Assembly: GCA_048882385.1 (NCBI GenBank)
Contig: JBHLRQ010000022.1
Span: forward strand, 1,864-38,256
Source: Candidatus Thorarchaeota archaeon
Lineage (GTDB): Archaea; Asgardarchaeota; Thorarchaeia; Thorarchaeales; Thorarchaeaceae
Reading direction: 5' to 3'
DNA length: 36,393 nt
Shown piece after piece: positions 1 to 8,681 of the stretch; within the stretch, counting starts at the first letter, position 1, and every line of letters starts with the position of its first letter. Below the pieces are notes generated by a model. That model saw only the letters and a program-made list of their open reading frames with translations. It did no database searches and was not told where the DNA came from. The position numbers were made by a program, and so were the translations under genes.

Positions 1-1
1 C

Positions 2-52
2 GTACCCATCGAAACTAGTGGTGACTGGAAATCACCAAGTGAGGAAGTTTAA
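2..52 (+). CDS. 3' end of an upstream gene, partial (VPIETSGDWKSPSEEV*)
   Basis: Open frame from the window edge to TAA at 50-52, 2 nt before the ATG at 55; this spacing is typical of an operon. Confidence 0.45.
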   Translation, partial: VPIETSGDWKSPSEEV

Positions 53-54
53 AC

Positions 55-1998
55 ATGGCCCAGTTGAGCTCTCTTAAATCGGTTATGAATGGCACAAGTG
101 AATCCGGTTCTGTTGGAAGGTTAGCAGGATTTGGCAGCATTTTCGGTATTATTGCAGCTGCTTTAGGCCTTATTTCGGGATTGTCATTGGTTCCAATTCC
201 AGCCCTTGTATGGGAACAGACATCAGTACCTCCCGATCCATTCACATGGATACTGAGTGGCAACACACAGACACCAATCCTTATGGCTGGTTTCATGGGA
301 TTGATGGCAGTCAGTTTGTTATGCCAAGCGTTGGGATCAAGAGACCTTGGTTCCAAACTTGGGAGCAGTCTTAACAAGATATCATGGGTCGGTATGATTG
401 TAGCTGCTGCTACTGCACTTTATGTTCCAAGTCAGTTTGCAGGTGTATTTGATGATTCACTAATTCCAGGCTTCTTTTTACCTCTTTATTTAATGGGAAC
501 GGTGTTCGTAATTGCGTGGCAAATAGGAGCTGTACTATATACTGATTCAAGCAAAACTTGGGTTGGATTTCTAGCTGGCATGCTTAATGCACTCTTTATT
601 CCAGTACTGACACTTGGACAAGCAATTAATCCTCTAATGATCTATGCAGCTTATGGAATATTACTAGTTGGCCAATTAATGAGCTTGATTTTCTGGTGGT
701 CGCCATTTAGTACGATTCGAGAATATGCTAGAAGTCCTGAAAAAGCAAAGTTTGCGTTTGGGCTAACAGGTTTCTTGACATTCGCTATTGGTCTTGCTGT
801 AGTTCTTTTTGGACCCATTGAGATTATTCAAGGCGTGACTGTTTGGAGTCCTTGGAGTACATTAGCTAGCGCAACAACATATCAGACAAATCCAGCTCTT
901 GTTTTTGGTCTGCTGTCAATGATGGTCTATTGGATCATGCTCTCTCCCAGACTTGGTGCTCGAGAGTTAAAAGCCGCAGCAATTGGTGAAGACATTATTA
1001 AGGGAGGGAGCAAGTGGCTAATGTTGTTCCTGGCTATTATAGGTCTTTTAGCTTCAGGTCAAGCAGGTACTTTTGTTGAAGGACTTGGTGGTTTGGGCTT
1101 TTTCATGGTCATCGCACCAGGAGGTATCATGTTTATAATGGGTGCTCTCTATACAGCGAAAACCGATATAGTGACTGGACTTCCACTTGTCTTTACATCA
1201 GTATTCTTGATGGTTCATCCATATACTCTACTTCCCTTTGTACTGTATTCTTGGATAATTGTTGTAATAACTCAGCTATTCCTAATGGTGGAGTCATATT
1301 GGAGAGGGCTCACAGGTTTCTCTCAAGGGGCACTCACTGTCATATTCAGTCTAGGAGCATCAGCAGTGATTATAATCTTCATGCTTGGGGGATTTGGAAG
1401 TGGACCACTAGCATTATGGCCAACTAATAGATGGTTCAATATCACCTTGATTCCAGGTATTCCTGCGGCAATTCAAGGTGCAACTATAATTGCTTTGCCA
1501 CTCCTAGCACTACTCTTGAGGAATGTTAGTCTAGCGGGATATGCATATGGCAGAGGATACACTTCAGGAGGCGTTCTGATGGGAATCAGTGTCTTATTTT
1601 CATTCATGGTTCCTGTGATAGCAGGGAATGAGAGTGTAGGTCACGAAGCAAATACAGGAGCCGCATTACTGCTAGCACTATATTCTATCAGTGTTGTCCT
1701 TGTATTATCACTCAATCTAAGTCTTGCAAATGATGTTGAAGATACGGGTCACGGTTTTGAAGGCGCGCTTATCAAGGTTTCAACTATGGTTGCGCTTGTT
1801 ATAGCTGCAATTGTTGTGATACTCGTCTTAGTCGTCTTCGCAGGAATGCCTTCGGCTTCTCAGATTGCAATGACGATTTCACTTATGGTGACTTTCGTTG
1901 TGGGCACTGAGATACTTTCAATAATAGGCTGGGCGATTGCAGGGATTCGTCTTGGAATGCTAAGACAAGGTTTTAGTTTAACAAAACCCGAACAATAA
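55..1998 (+). CDS. Large polytopic membrane protein of unknown function (647 aa)
   Basis: Long ORF made almost entirely of hydrophobic Gly-rich segments (roughly 15 or more TM helices by eye); no motif recognised. Confidence 0.85.
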   Translation: MAQLSSLKSVMNGTSESGSVGRLAGFGSIFGIIAAALGLISGLSLVPIPALVWEQTSVPPDPFTWILSGNTQTPILMAGFMGLMAVSLLCQALGSRDLGSKLGSSLNKISWVGMIVAAATALYVPSQFAGVFDDSLIPGFFLPLYLMGTVFVIAWQIGAVLYTDSSKTWVGFLAGMLNALFIPVLTLGQAINPLMIYAAYGILLVGQLMSLIFWWSPFSTIREYARSPEKAKFAFGLTGFLTFAIGLAVVLFGPIEIIQGVTVWSPWSTLASATTYQTNPALVFGLLSMMVYWIMLSPRLGARELKAAAIGEDIIKGGSKWLMLFLAIIGLLASGQAGTFVEGLGGLGFFMVIAPGGIMFIMGALYTAKTDIVTGLPLVFTSVFLMVHPYTLLPFVLYSWIIVVITQLFLMVESYWRGLTGFSQGALTVIFSLGASAVIIIFMLGGFGSGPLALWPTNRWFNITLIPGIPAAIQGATIIALPLLALLLRNVSLAGYAYGRGYTSGGVLMGISVLFSFMVPVIAGNESVGHEANTGAALLLALYSISVVLVLSLNLSLANDVEDTGHGFEGALIKVSTMVALVIAAIVVILVLVVFAGMPSASQIAMTISLMVTFVVGTEILSIIGWAIAGIRLGMLRQGFSLTKPEQ

Positions 1999-2012
1999 TC
2001 TATACTCGATAG

Positions 2013-2771
2013 GTGACAACATTGGCTCCCCGTGTGAAGGGTATTATGGCCCGACCAGAGGGAGCCTCTGTTTCGTTTCTACTTGTTCATGGTTTTTGTG
2101 CAGCACCTGATGAGATGTCAACATTAAGTAGATATTTGGAAAAAAAGAGAATAGCCTCGTTTTCTGTTCAGATTGCAGGTCATGATTCATCACCTGAGAA
2201 CCTTAGCACGACTTCTTGGAAGGATTGGTACTCTTCAGTTCAGTTAGGTCTTGCAGAGGTCAAATCATGGAACTCGCAACATATGTTTGTAGCTGGTCTT
2301 TCCATGGGTGGCGCTTTATCGATGATGCTTGCTTCCGAGGATCAAAATATCGATGGACTTGTTCTTCTTGCGCCAGCTCTCAAGATTTCTGGAGTTCTCT
2401 CTAAACTTGTTCCACTATTGAAATATTTCTGGAAATATCGTTCAATCAATGTTGAGAAAGCTCAGGAAATCTATGATGTGAAAAGGACAAAGTATGAAAG
2501 AGAACCTCTCTCATCATATCATGAATTATTCAAGCTTCAAAAAGCAGTGCGGAAGATAATTGGGAATATCACAATTCCGACGTTGATCCTTCAGGGAACA
2601 GAGGACAAGACAATCAATCCTGATAATGGAAAACTGGCTTTTGATGGAATTTCATCAAAATACAAAAAACTGCATTTGATACAGGGAGCGGAGCATGTCA
2701 TAACATGCCATCCTACAAGAGAAGTTGCCTATCCATTAATATTTGAATTCATTGAAAGACTCACGGTTTGA
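2013..2771 (+). CDS. Alpha/beta hydrolase, carboxylesterase/monoacylglycerol lipase type
   Basis: LVHGF oxyanion motif, GLSMGG nucleophile elbow, GTEDKTI (Asp), GAEHVI (His). Confidence 0.9.
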   Translation: MTTLAPRVKGIMARPEGASVSFLLVHGFCAAPDEMSTLSRYLEKKRIASFSVQIAGHDSSPENLSTTSWKDWYSSVQLGLAEVKSWNSQHMFVAGLSMGGALSMMLASEDQNIDGLVLLAPALKISGVLSKLVPLLKYFWKYRSINVEKAQEIYDVKRTKYEREPLSSYHELFKLQKAVRKIIGNITIPTLILQGTEDKTINPDNGKLAFDGISSKYKKLHLIQGAEHVITCHPTREVAYPLIFEFIERLTV

Positions 2772-3462
2772 ACATGGATTTCACCAATTTAATACCTACA
2801 TCAGGATAATCTGTGATTAAACCATCAACTCCGATTCGGAGCAGTCTAGTCATGAATGTTTCATCATTAACAGTCCATGGGAACACTTTGATTCCAAACT
2901 CGTGAGCATTTGAAACCAACGTGGGTGTTGTCAGCTCTTTTGCAGAATTGATGGCGTATGCTCCAAGCTCATATGCATATGAAGGAAGGTCATCTAATTC
3001 TTGTTGTACAAGAACCGCAGTATGGATCTTTTCATTTAGTTCTCTGATTTCTGAAAGACAGATATGAAGGAAAGAAGATACAAGAACTTCATTTGTCAAT
3101 TCCATATCATCAACAAGACGGACAAGTTTCTCCTCAATTCCCGCAGTTTTTAATTCGATGTTTATTTGAATTTTACCACGTGCGAATGTGAATACATCTT
3201 CCAACAAGGGGATTTTCTGACCCAAACCAGCATCAAAACTCTGAATCTCTTCCAGACTGAGCGAATCGACTTTTCCAGTTCCGTTTGTAGTTCTATCTAT
3301 TGTTGAATCATGGATACAAACTAGATGACCATCAACAGTTTCATGAACATCCAACTCTATCATAGTGGCACCAAAACGCCAAGCTTTTTCATATGATAGA
3401 AGGGTGTTCTCAGGTGCATGACCAGATGCACCCCGATGCGCGATAATAATCCGTGGCAACAT
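2761..3462 (-). CDS. Glycerophosphodiester phosphodiesterase (GDPD, UgpQ/GlpQ family)
   Basis: IAHRGAS..PENT, IELDVH, HD.TIDRTT, NIELK, WTVND, GVDGLITDYP; start taken at ATG 3462. Confidence 0.93.
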   Translation of the reverse strand: MLPRIIIAHRGASGHAPENTLLSYEKAWRFGATMIELDVHETVDGHLVCIHDSTIDRTTNGTGKVDSLSLEEIQSFDAGLGQKIPLLEDVFTFARGKIQINIELKTAGIEEKLVRLVDDMELTNEVLVSSFLHICLSEIRELNEKIHTAVLVQQELDDLPSYAYELGAYAINSAKELTTPTLVSNAHEFGIKVFPWTVNDETFMTRLLRIGVDGLITDYPDVGIKLVKSMFKP

Positions 3463-3507
3463 TAGGCATACAACCAAAACAAAGAATAATGAACTGTAAC
3501 AGAAGCG

Positions 3508-3792
3508 CTAATCATCAGGACGAGAGAGACCAGATCCTCCACAGCGAGGACAAACTTCAGCATCTCTCCTACCTGTGCCTTTGCAATAATAGCACTCATC
3601 GCTAGGCACGTCAAGTGTTTTATCAACTCCCTTGGCAAATGCAGCCCCAACGCCAATCAAGACCACTGAAACGAACAAAATAAAGAGAGAAACCAGATAA
3701 AATGCGGGTATTGGAAGAAGCATAAAGAGTGTGATTACAAAAATTACTATTCCAGTTGCAATCAGTCCTGTTCCTACCTTTTTCCGTACCAT
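3508..3792 (-). CDS. Small 2-TM membrane protein with a DnaJ-type zinc-finger pair
   Basis: Two hydrophobic helices, then CYYCKGTG...CPRCGGSG (two CxxCxGxG repeats); start taken at ATG 3792. Confidence 0.82.
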   Translation of the reverse strand: MVRKKVGTGLIATGIVIFVITLFMLLPIPAFYLVSLFILFVSVVLIGVGAAFAKGVDKTLDVPSDECYYCKGTGRRDAEVCPRCGGSGLSRPDD

Positions 3793-4123
3793 TGTGATAA
3801 CCTGTTTTTCTGGACAAACGATTCGCTTCATAGGTATGCTTTATAGCTTGTGGCTGAGTAGAACCTTTGAGGAGTCATAAAAAGTTAGCCAGGAAAAAAG
3901 GAAACGATTTAGAAATTAGATAATTGATCAAAATCGGAGTGTTGTAAAACCAAAAAATGGACTCATCGATTATATAGGATCGCACACAGCTGTATTGATA
4001 GGAGATAACCAATCAAGCTTCGTTCAAAATGACCTACCCGAGCTATACACTTATGCGTAGGAAATCACCCGAACAGATAATAGAGAATGCTGAAGGAAAT
4101 AGAAGAATACGGGAGACAAGAAG

Positions 4124-5041
4124 ATGTCAAGAACAGACCTCTTTGCAAAATATACACAAATCTATGCCAAAGCACGCGCAAGAGAGATAGTACCAGATGG
4201 GACTTTCGTCCGTCAGCTTGCTGATGTTCCGAGGCAATCATATGACATTGGAGTGTTCTTCAAAACAAAAAGCCGGAGTCGAGTAGTCCAGCTCTATCAA
4301 GGCAATGCAATACCACTGGAGGTCGGAAAACAAGAAGGATTTTTGGAAACTGAGGATTCAACATATCTAAGTAGGACAGTACTTTCGAAATTCAAATCTG
4401 TGGACTATCTAAGGGTAGTATTCTCCGCTGGCAAGATATTGGCTACAAAAGAAGAAAGGATGGAATTTCTAAAAGCAACACAACGAATACTTGATGTAAT
4501 ACTTAGAAAGGCTCGAAATATCCTTCATCTTGGGGAGTTGGAACCTTTCCGTTTTGATGATAGAGTGAGAACACTTAGTGAATTTCTTAGAAAAGAATTG
4601 AAAATGGATGAGGTGTCAGTTGAAGCGGCTTCTATTCCCTTCAATGTAGCTTCACCCAATTATATTCTGTTGGCTGATGGCTCAATTATCGCTGTAGATG
4701 ATGAACCTAAAGTCCCTCAAGCAACTTTCTTTCTTGTCGGTGGAATTGGATATGTATTTGATAAGACTGAGGGAGCTATAAGTGAAGAGAGACTGTTTAG
4801 AACAACCGCAGATCTTAGTCCACAAGGAATCGATGAAGCCTATATTGACAGGATGATTAGAAGGGTTACCGAGGATTTTCAAAACAAATTACACTCACTG
4901 ATATTTGCTGATGTTTGGAAGAAAAGCCAATCCGCTCCTATAGGAGTGAACTTTGGAGGAAATCTTCTAATAAAAGCGGAACCAAGTAGCGAAATCTGGG
5001 CTGGTGTTTTCGAGGTTTATGTAAAGTCACCTAGAGCATAA
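4124..5041 (+). CDS. Hypothetical soluble protein (305 aa)
   Basis: Long ORF with protein-like composition, GGGAG upstream of ATG; no motif recognised. Confidence 0.78.
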   Translation: MSRTDLFAKYTQIYAKARAREIVPDGTFVRQLADVPRQSYDIGVFFKTKSRSRVVQLYQGNAIPLEVGKQEGFLETEDSTYLSRTVLSKFKSVDYLRVVFSAGKILATKEERMEFLKATQRILDVILRKARNILHLGELEPFRFDDRVRTLSEFLRKELKMDEVSVEAASIPFNVASPNYILLADGSIIAVDDEPKVPQATFFLVGGIGYVFDKTEGAISEERLFRTTADLSPQGIDEAYIDRMIRRVTEDFQNKLHSLIFADVWKKSQSAPIGVNFGGNLLIKAEPSSEIWAGVFEVYVKSPRA

Positions 5042-6668
5042 TGAAGTCAAATGCATCAATTGCAAGAAACACTGCCCGGAATGCATAGATTCTGAAGGTA
5101 TATGTTGCAACACCTTGGTCAGTTTCATCAATAACCGATCTCAGAGTTGATAGTGATCCAATTCCGAATGAACTGAGAAGAGAGGGAAGTGAATCTACTG
5201 TTATGAATTGGACTCCATTTCCGACTGCTAGTGCAATATCATTTGCGATGATTGCGAGGTCATTGTATACGCTATCTGTCCTATCCAAAACATCCGTTGA
5301 GTTTCCGACTTCCCCAACTCTCAAGCTCCATTGAGAACCCAATCTTGCAACTGAGCTTGAGTAGGAGTGAACAAGATACTCTCCTACATCACCACTCATC
5401 TCAAAAGAGAAGCGTGATCGACTACAAGATACAGAAAAGAAATTCCATTCCTGCAGTAAGGATGATGTTACACCGCAGAGCTGCATAGCATTGGAATCAT
5501 TATCGAGTAAATCATCAACTACAAAGGATTCCACGAACAAACCAGTTGTGATACCTGAGGTAGATGCTGCATTCCTTAGTTTTAATGAAGCATTCTCAAT
5601 GCGAGGAATATCAACAGAATAGATTGACGCACGCATCAAGTCGCTGAATCCAATAAGGTCCAGATTTCTTGTCCTAAGCATCAGTGCTTGCCATTCTTCT
5701 CTAGAAAGTGTCATATCAAAGAGTATGAAATGAGGTCCGTTAATGATGTCAAATGTCTCAACATTCATTATCTGGTCTAGAGCTGCTTCATGGCTAGCGT
5801 AGATGGTTTCTATCATTTCTGTCGTTGCGAGGGTCTGTGGATCTTCTCCTGCAAGTATAGCACGATCAGCTGTCAGTGTAATAGAATAACCAACTGCTGT
5901 ATCATTGAGCGCTAATAGCCAGGTTCGTAGTCTTTCCCAAGAGGATGGATCATTTTCGAGTACATGAAGATCCAAGAAGAAATTGTTGTTGAGCACATCA
6001 GACAACAACTGTTGTGTTGGTGTAACATTTTGGTAAGGATAATCAAAATCAGCCAGTGGCACACTTATCCATATATCAGGCACATCAGCGACATTTGTGG
6101 TTGCAATTGGGATTTGCCCCATTAGAATTGTAGAAATTGGAAAGGCAAGTCCAATTAGGTTCAAAATTATAAAATAAGCAATAACTTTCTTTCCGGATTC
6201 TCTAAATCTGCTCCGAGGTCGAAAACCTCCCATTATGAAAATTGAAACTGCAGCTGCGATATTAAAAATCAAACAAATGATGAAACCACGTACAAGAAGT
6301 GAAAGTGTGCCAAAGAAAACCATACAAATAATCAAGAACACAAAGTTCAATGCTGCTGTACGACTCGTATAGTATGCTCTAATCATTAGCGGCAGAATAA
6401 ACATCATGGGTAGGATGTAGAGTGCGATTGGTAGAGAGTCAACAAACGCTACCCCACTAATAGTCATCCCAAATGTTACTGATATGAGTGCATACAAAAT
6501 CAAAATCATGTTGATTACCAATACAGCTGTAATAAACCGGTGGAGAAAGAGATCATATTTTGGAACCGAGTTTATACGTAGTCGAAGTTTTCTGCGTGCT
6601 TCAAGAAGCTGACTCATTTCTGCTCTCTGTTGATTCGAACTGCGGACAGATAAGGTTGATGGACTCAA
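5031..6668 (-). CDS. Membrane protein: about 5 N-terminal TM helices plus a large acidic soluble domain
   Basis: 545-aa ORF with hydrophobic first third and N-x-S/T sequons in the remainder; start may be the later ATG (MSQLLEARR). Confidence 0.8.
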   Translation of the reverse strand: MSPSTLSVRSSNQQRAEMSQLLEARRKLRLRINSVPKYDLFLHRFITAVLVINMILILYALISVTFGMTISGVAFVDSLPIALYILPMMFILPLMIRAYYTSRTAALNFVFLIICMVFFGTLSLLVRGFIICLIFNIAAAVSIFIMGGFRPRSRFRESGKKVIAYFIILNLIGLAFPISTILMGQIPIATTNVADVPDIWISVPLADFDYPYQNVTPTQQLLSDVLNNNFFLDLHVLENDPSSWERLRTWLLALNDTAVGYSITLTADRAILAGEDPQTLATTEMIETIYASHEAALDQIMNVETFDIINGPHFILFDMTLSREEWQALMLRTRNLDLIGFSDLMRASIYSVDIPRIENASLKLRNAASTSGITTGLFVESFVVDDLLDNDSNAMQLCGVTSSLLQEWNFFSVSCSRSRFSFEMSGDVGEYLVHSYSSSVARLGSQWSLRVGEVGNSTDVLDRTDSVYNDLAIIANDIALAVGNGVQFITVDSLPSLLSSFGIGSLSTLRSVIDETDQGVATYTFRIYAFRAVFLAIDAFDFIML

Positions 6669-6704
6669 CCTTTAAGATGATGATACATGAGTTTCGAAAT
6701 GTGA

Positions 6705-7910
6705 TTGTCAAGTATGTATGATGTCATCGTGATTGGAGCTGGACCAGGAGGAGCCACAGTATCTCGTTACCTTGCTACCCTCGGACTTGAGGTTCTAATG
6801 ATTGACAAAGACACATTCCCACGTGACAAGCCATGCGGGGGAGGATTTTCCCAGACAATTATCGACGAGTTTTCATATTTGAAACCAAGAGTTCATGAGT
6901 TCTTGAAAGGAGTCGCTCGAGTGGGGGTTATTCATTCACCAAATCGACAAATTTCACTTCAAGGCAGAGTTGACATGGCTGTAACACTTCGGACAGATTT
7001 TGATAATGTGTTGTATGAAGAAGCAGTTTCAGCTGGAGTAGAGCCACTTGTTAATTCACGAGCAAAGGATGTAGTAATCAAGGAGGACTATATCACTATA
7101 GAGCTTGCAGGTAGTAAATCAGTTCAGGGGAAAGTTGTGATTGGTGCAGACGGTATTACGAGCATGGTCGCTCGTAAAACCAACCTCAACAAAAGATGGC
7201 CAAATTCGAGTATAACTGCATGCAGAGTTTGCGAAATTCCTGCAAAAAGCAAGGACATCATAGATCGATATACTGAGGACCTTAAGTATCACTTCTTCGC
7301 AAATCTGGATGGAAAACCGGGATACGGTTGGATTTTTCCAAAGGAGGACACCATCAATGTTGGGTTGGGTTTCATCGGACCTCACTCAGCTGGTCTACCA
7401 AGAGTCTTTGAAGCGTTTGTGAAGTACCTCAAAAAGAGGGATCTTCTCATGGAGGATTCCGACGTGTCAGGTACAAAAGGAGCTCTAGTCCCAACTGGCG
7501 GACCAATTCAAAACACAGTGACTGACCGATGTGTTCTGCTTGGGGATGCCGCAGGTCACGTAAGTCCATTAACTGGTGGAGGGATTGTATATGCTATGAG
7601 AGCTGCAAGATATGCAGCCCATGTGATATCTAATTCACTTGAGAATGAAAAGGCAGATGTAGAATCTTTGATGAGATATCACCATCTATGGAAGTCTGAT
7701 TTCGGAAATGATTTCAAGAATCAGCTGCTTGCTCAAAGGATATTCACTGGACCCTTCACTGATGTCTTGTTCACGATTGGTAGTAAAGACAAAAAGATAC
7801 AGCAGATGGTTTCTGATTCGATGTCTGAAGCAGCAGAGGGAGAGATTGATGTCAAACAGCTTGTCCTAAGGACGTTAGTTGTATGTTTAAGAGAAGCTGT
7901 GAAAATCTGA
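6705..7910 (+). CDS. Geranylgeranyl reductase family FAD-dependent oxidoreductase
   Basis: GAGPGG FAD motif, RDKPCGGG, GYGWIFPK, GDAAGHVSPLTGGGI. Confidence 0.92.
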   Translation: MSSMYDVIVIGAGPGGATVSRYLATLGLEVLMIDKDTFPRDKPCGGGFSQTIIDEFSYLKPRVHEFLKGVARVGVIHSPNRQISLQGRVDMAVTLRTDFDNVLYEEAVSAGVEPLVNSRAKDVVIKEDYITIELAGSKSVQGKVVIGADGITSMVARKTNLNKRWPNSSITACRVCEIPAKSKDIIDRYTEDLKYHFFANLDGKPGYGWIFPKEDTINVGLGFIGPHSAGLPRVFEAFVKYLKKRDLLMEDSDVSGTKGALVPTGGPIQNTVTDRCVLLGDAAGHVSPLTGGGIVYAMRAARYAAHVISNSLENEKADVESLMRYHHLWKSDFGNDFKNQLLAQRIFTGPFTDVLFTIGSKDKKIQQMVSDSMSEAAEGEIDVKQLVLRTLVVCLREAVKI

Positions 7911-7970
7911 ATTATCATACTTTCAGAAATGATGAATGAAACTGATTGAAACAGATGGTCTACCCACTAC

Positions 7971-8525
7971 TCAGAGATTGACAATGTCTGTTAGATGGTT
8001 TTCAACCAATGAGTGAACTTCTGGACGACCCAATAGCTTTCGTCGGGTTTCGCTCATATTGTTTATGACACAAGCCACTCCCACAACACTTGCTCCTAGC
8101 TTCTCTACAATCTTAATTGCAGCAAGCACTGAAGTTCCTTGAATTAACCAATCATCAACAATGGCTACTCGGTCACCAGGATCGAGAGAATCGGAAACGA
8201 TTGCCAGACGTTTGTCTGCAAACATCGAGGAGGGCAGATATTCAATATCTCGTTCATAATCCTCAGGGAGGTATGCAATGGATCGAGCTGGTACAATCCC
8301 ACAACCTAAATAGTAAGCTATTGCACTCCCCAGAGCAAGACCTCTCTGTTCAATACCAATCACCTTGTTAGGACGAAGTTCAACTAGAGGTTTTGCTAGC
8401 GTAACGACAGCCTCGTGAAATATGTGAGGATGTTCAAGAATTCTGCTGATATCACAAACAGCCTTTCCTGGTTCTGGCCAGTCCTTGATAACATCAATAT
8501 ATTCTGTAAAGTCTACATCCACCAT
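7971..8525 (-). CDS. Adenine phosphoribosyltransferase-like type I PRTase with degenerate motifs
   Basis: DWPEPG..DIS, GIEQRG, VAIVDDWLIQGTS, IVEKLGASVVG align by eye with APRT. Confidence 0.8.
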   Translation of the reverse strand: MVDVDFTEYIDVIKDWPEPGKAVCDISRILEHPHIFHEAVVTLAKPLVELRPNKVIGIEQRGLALGSAIAYYLGCGIVPARSIAYLPEDYERDIEYLPSSMFADKRLAIVSDSLDPGDRVAIVDDWLIQGTSVLAAIKIVEKLGASVVGVACVINNMSETRRKLLGRPEVHSLVENHLTDIVNL

Positions 8526-8681
8526 TGTTACAAACCTTGAGCGGAGCTAGCTACTAGTAAGATTTTATTCTTTCTGTATAACTGAATATCACAGAGTATG
8601 TATCACTATGATGCTCACACACGAAACAGTTAAAGTACCGAGTCTGATGGTGGTTAATACCCAAAAAGGTGGAGCCGGGTA

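Noticed and set aside
2761-5041. Two 11-bp convergent 3' overlaps (2761-2771, 5031-5041)
   Set aside because: Short tail-to-tail overlaps are common in compact archaeal genomes, and the two sequences are unrelated
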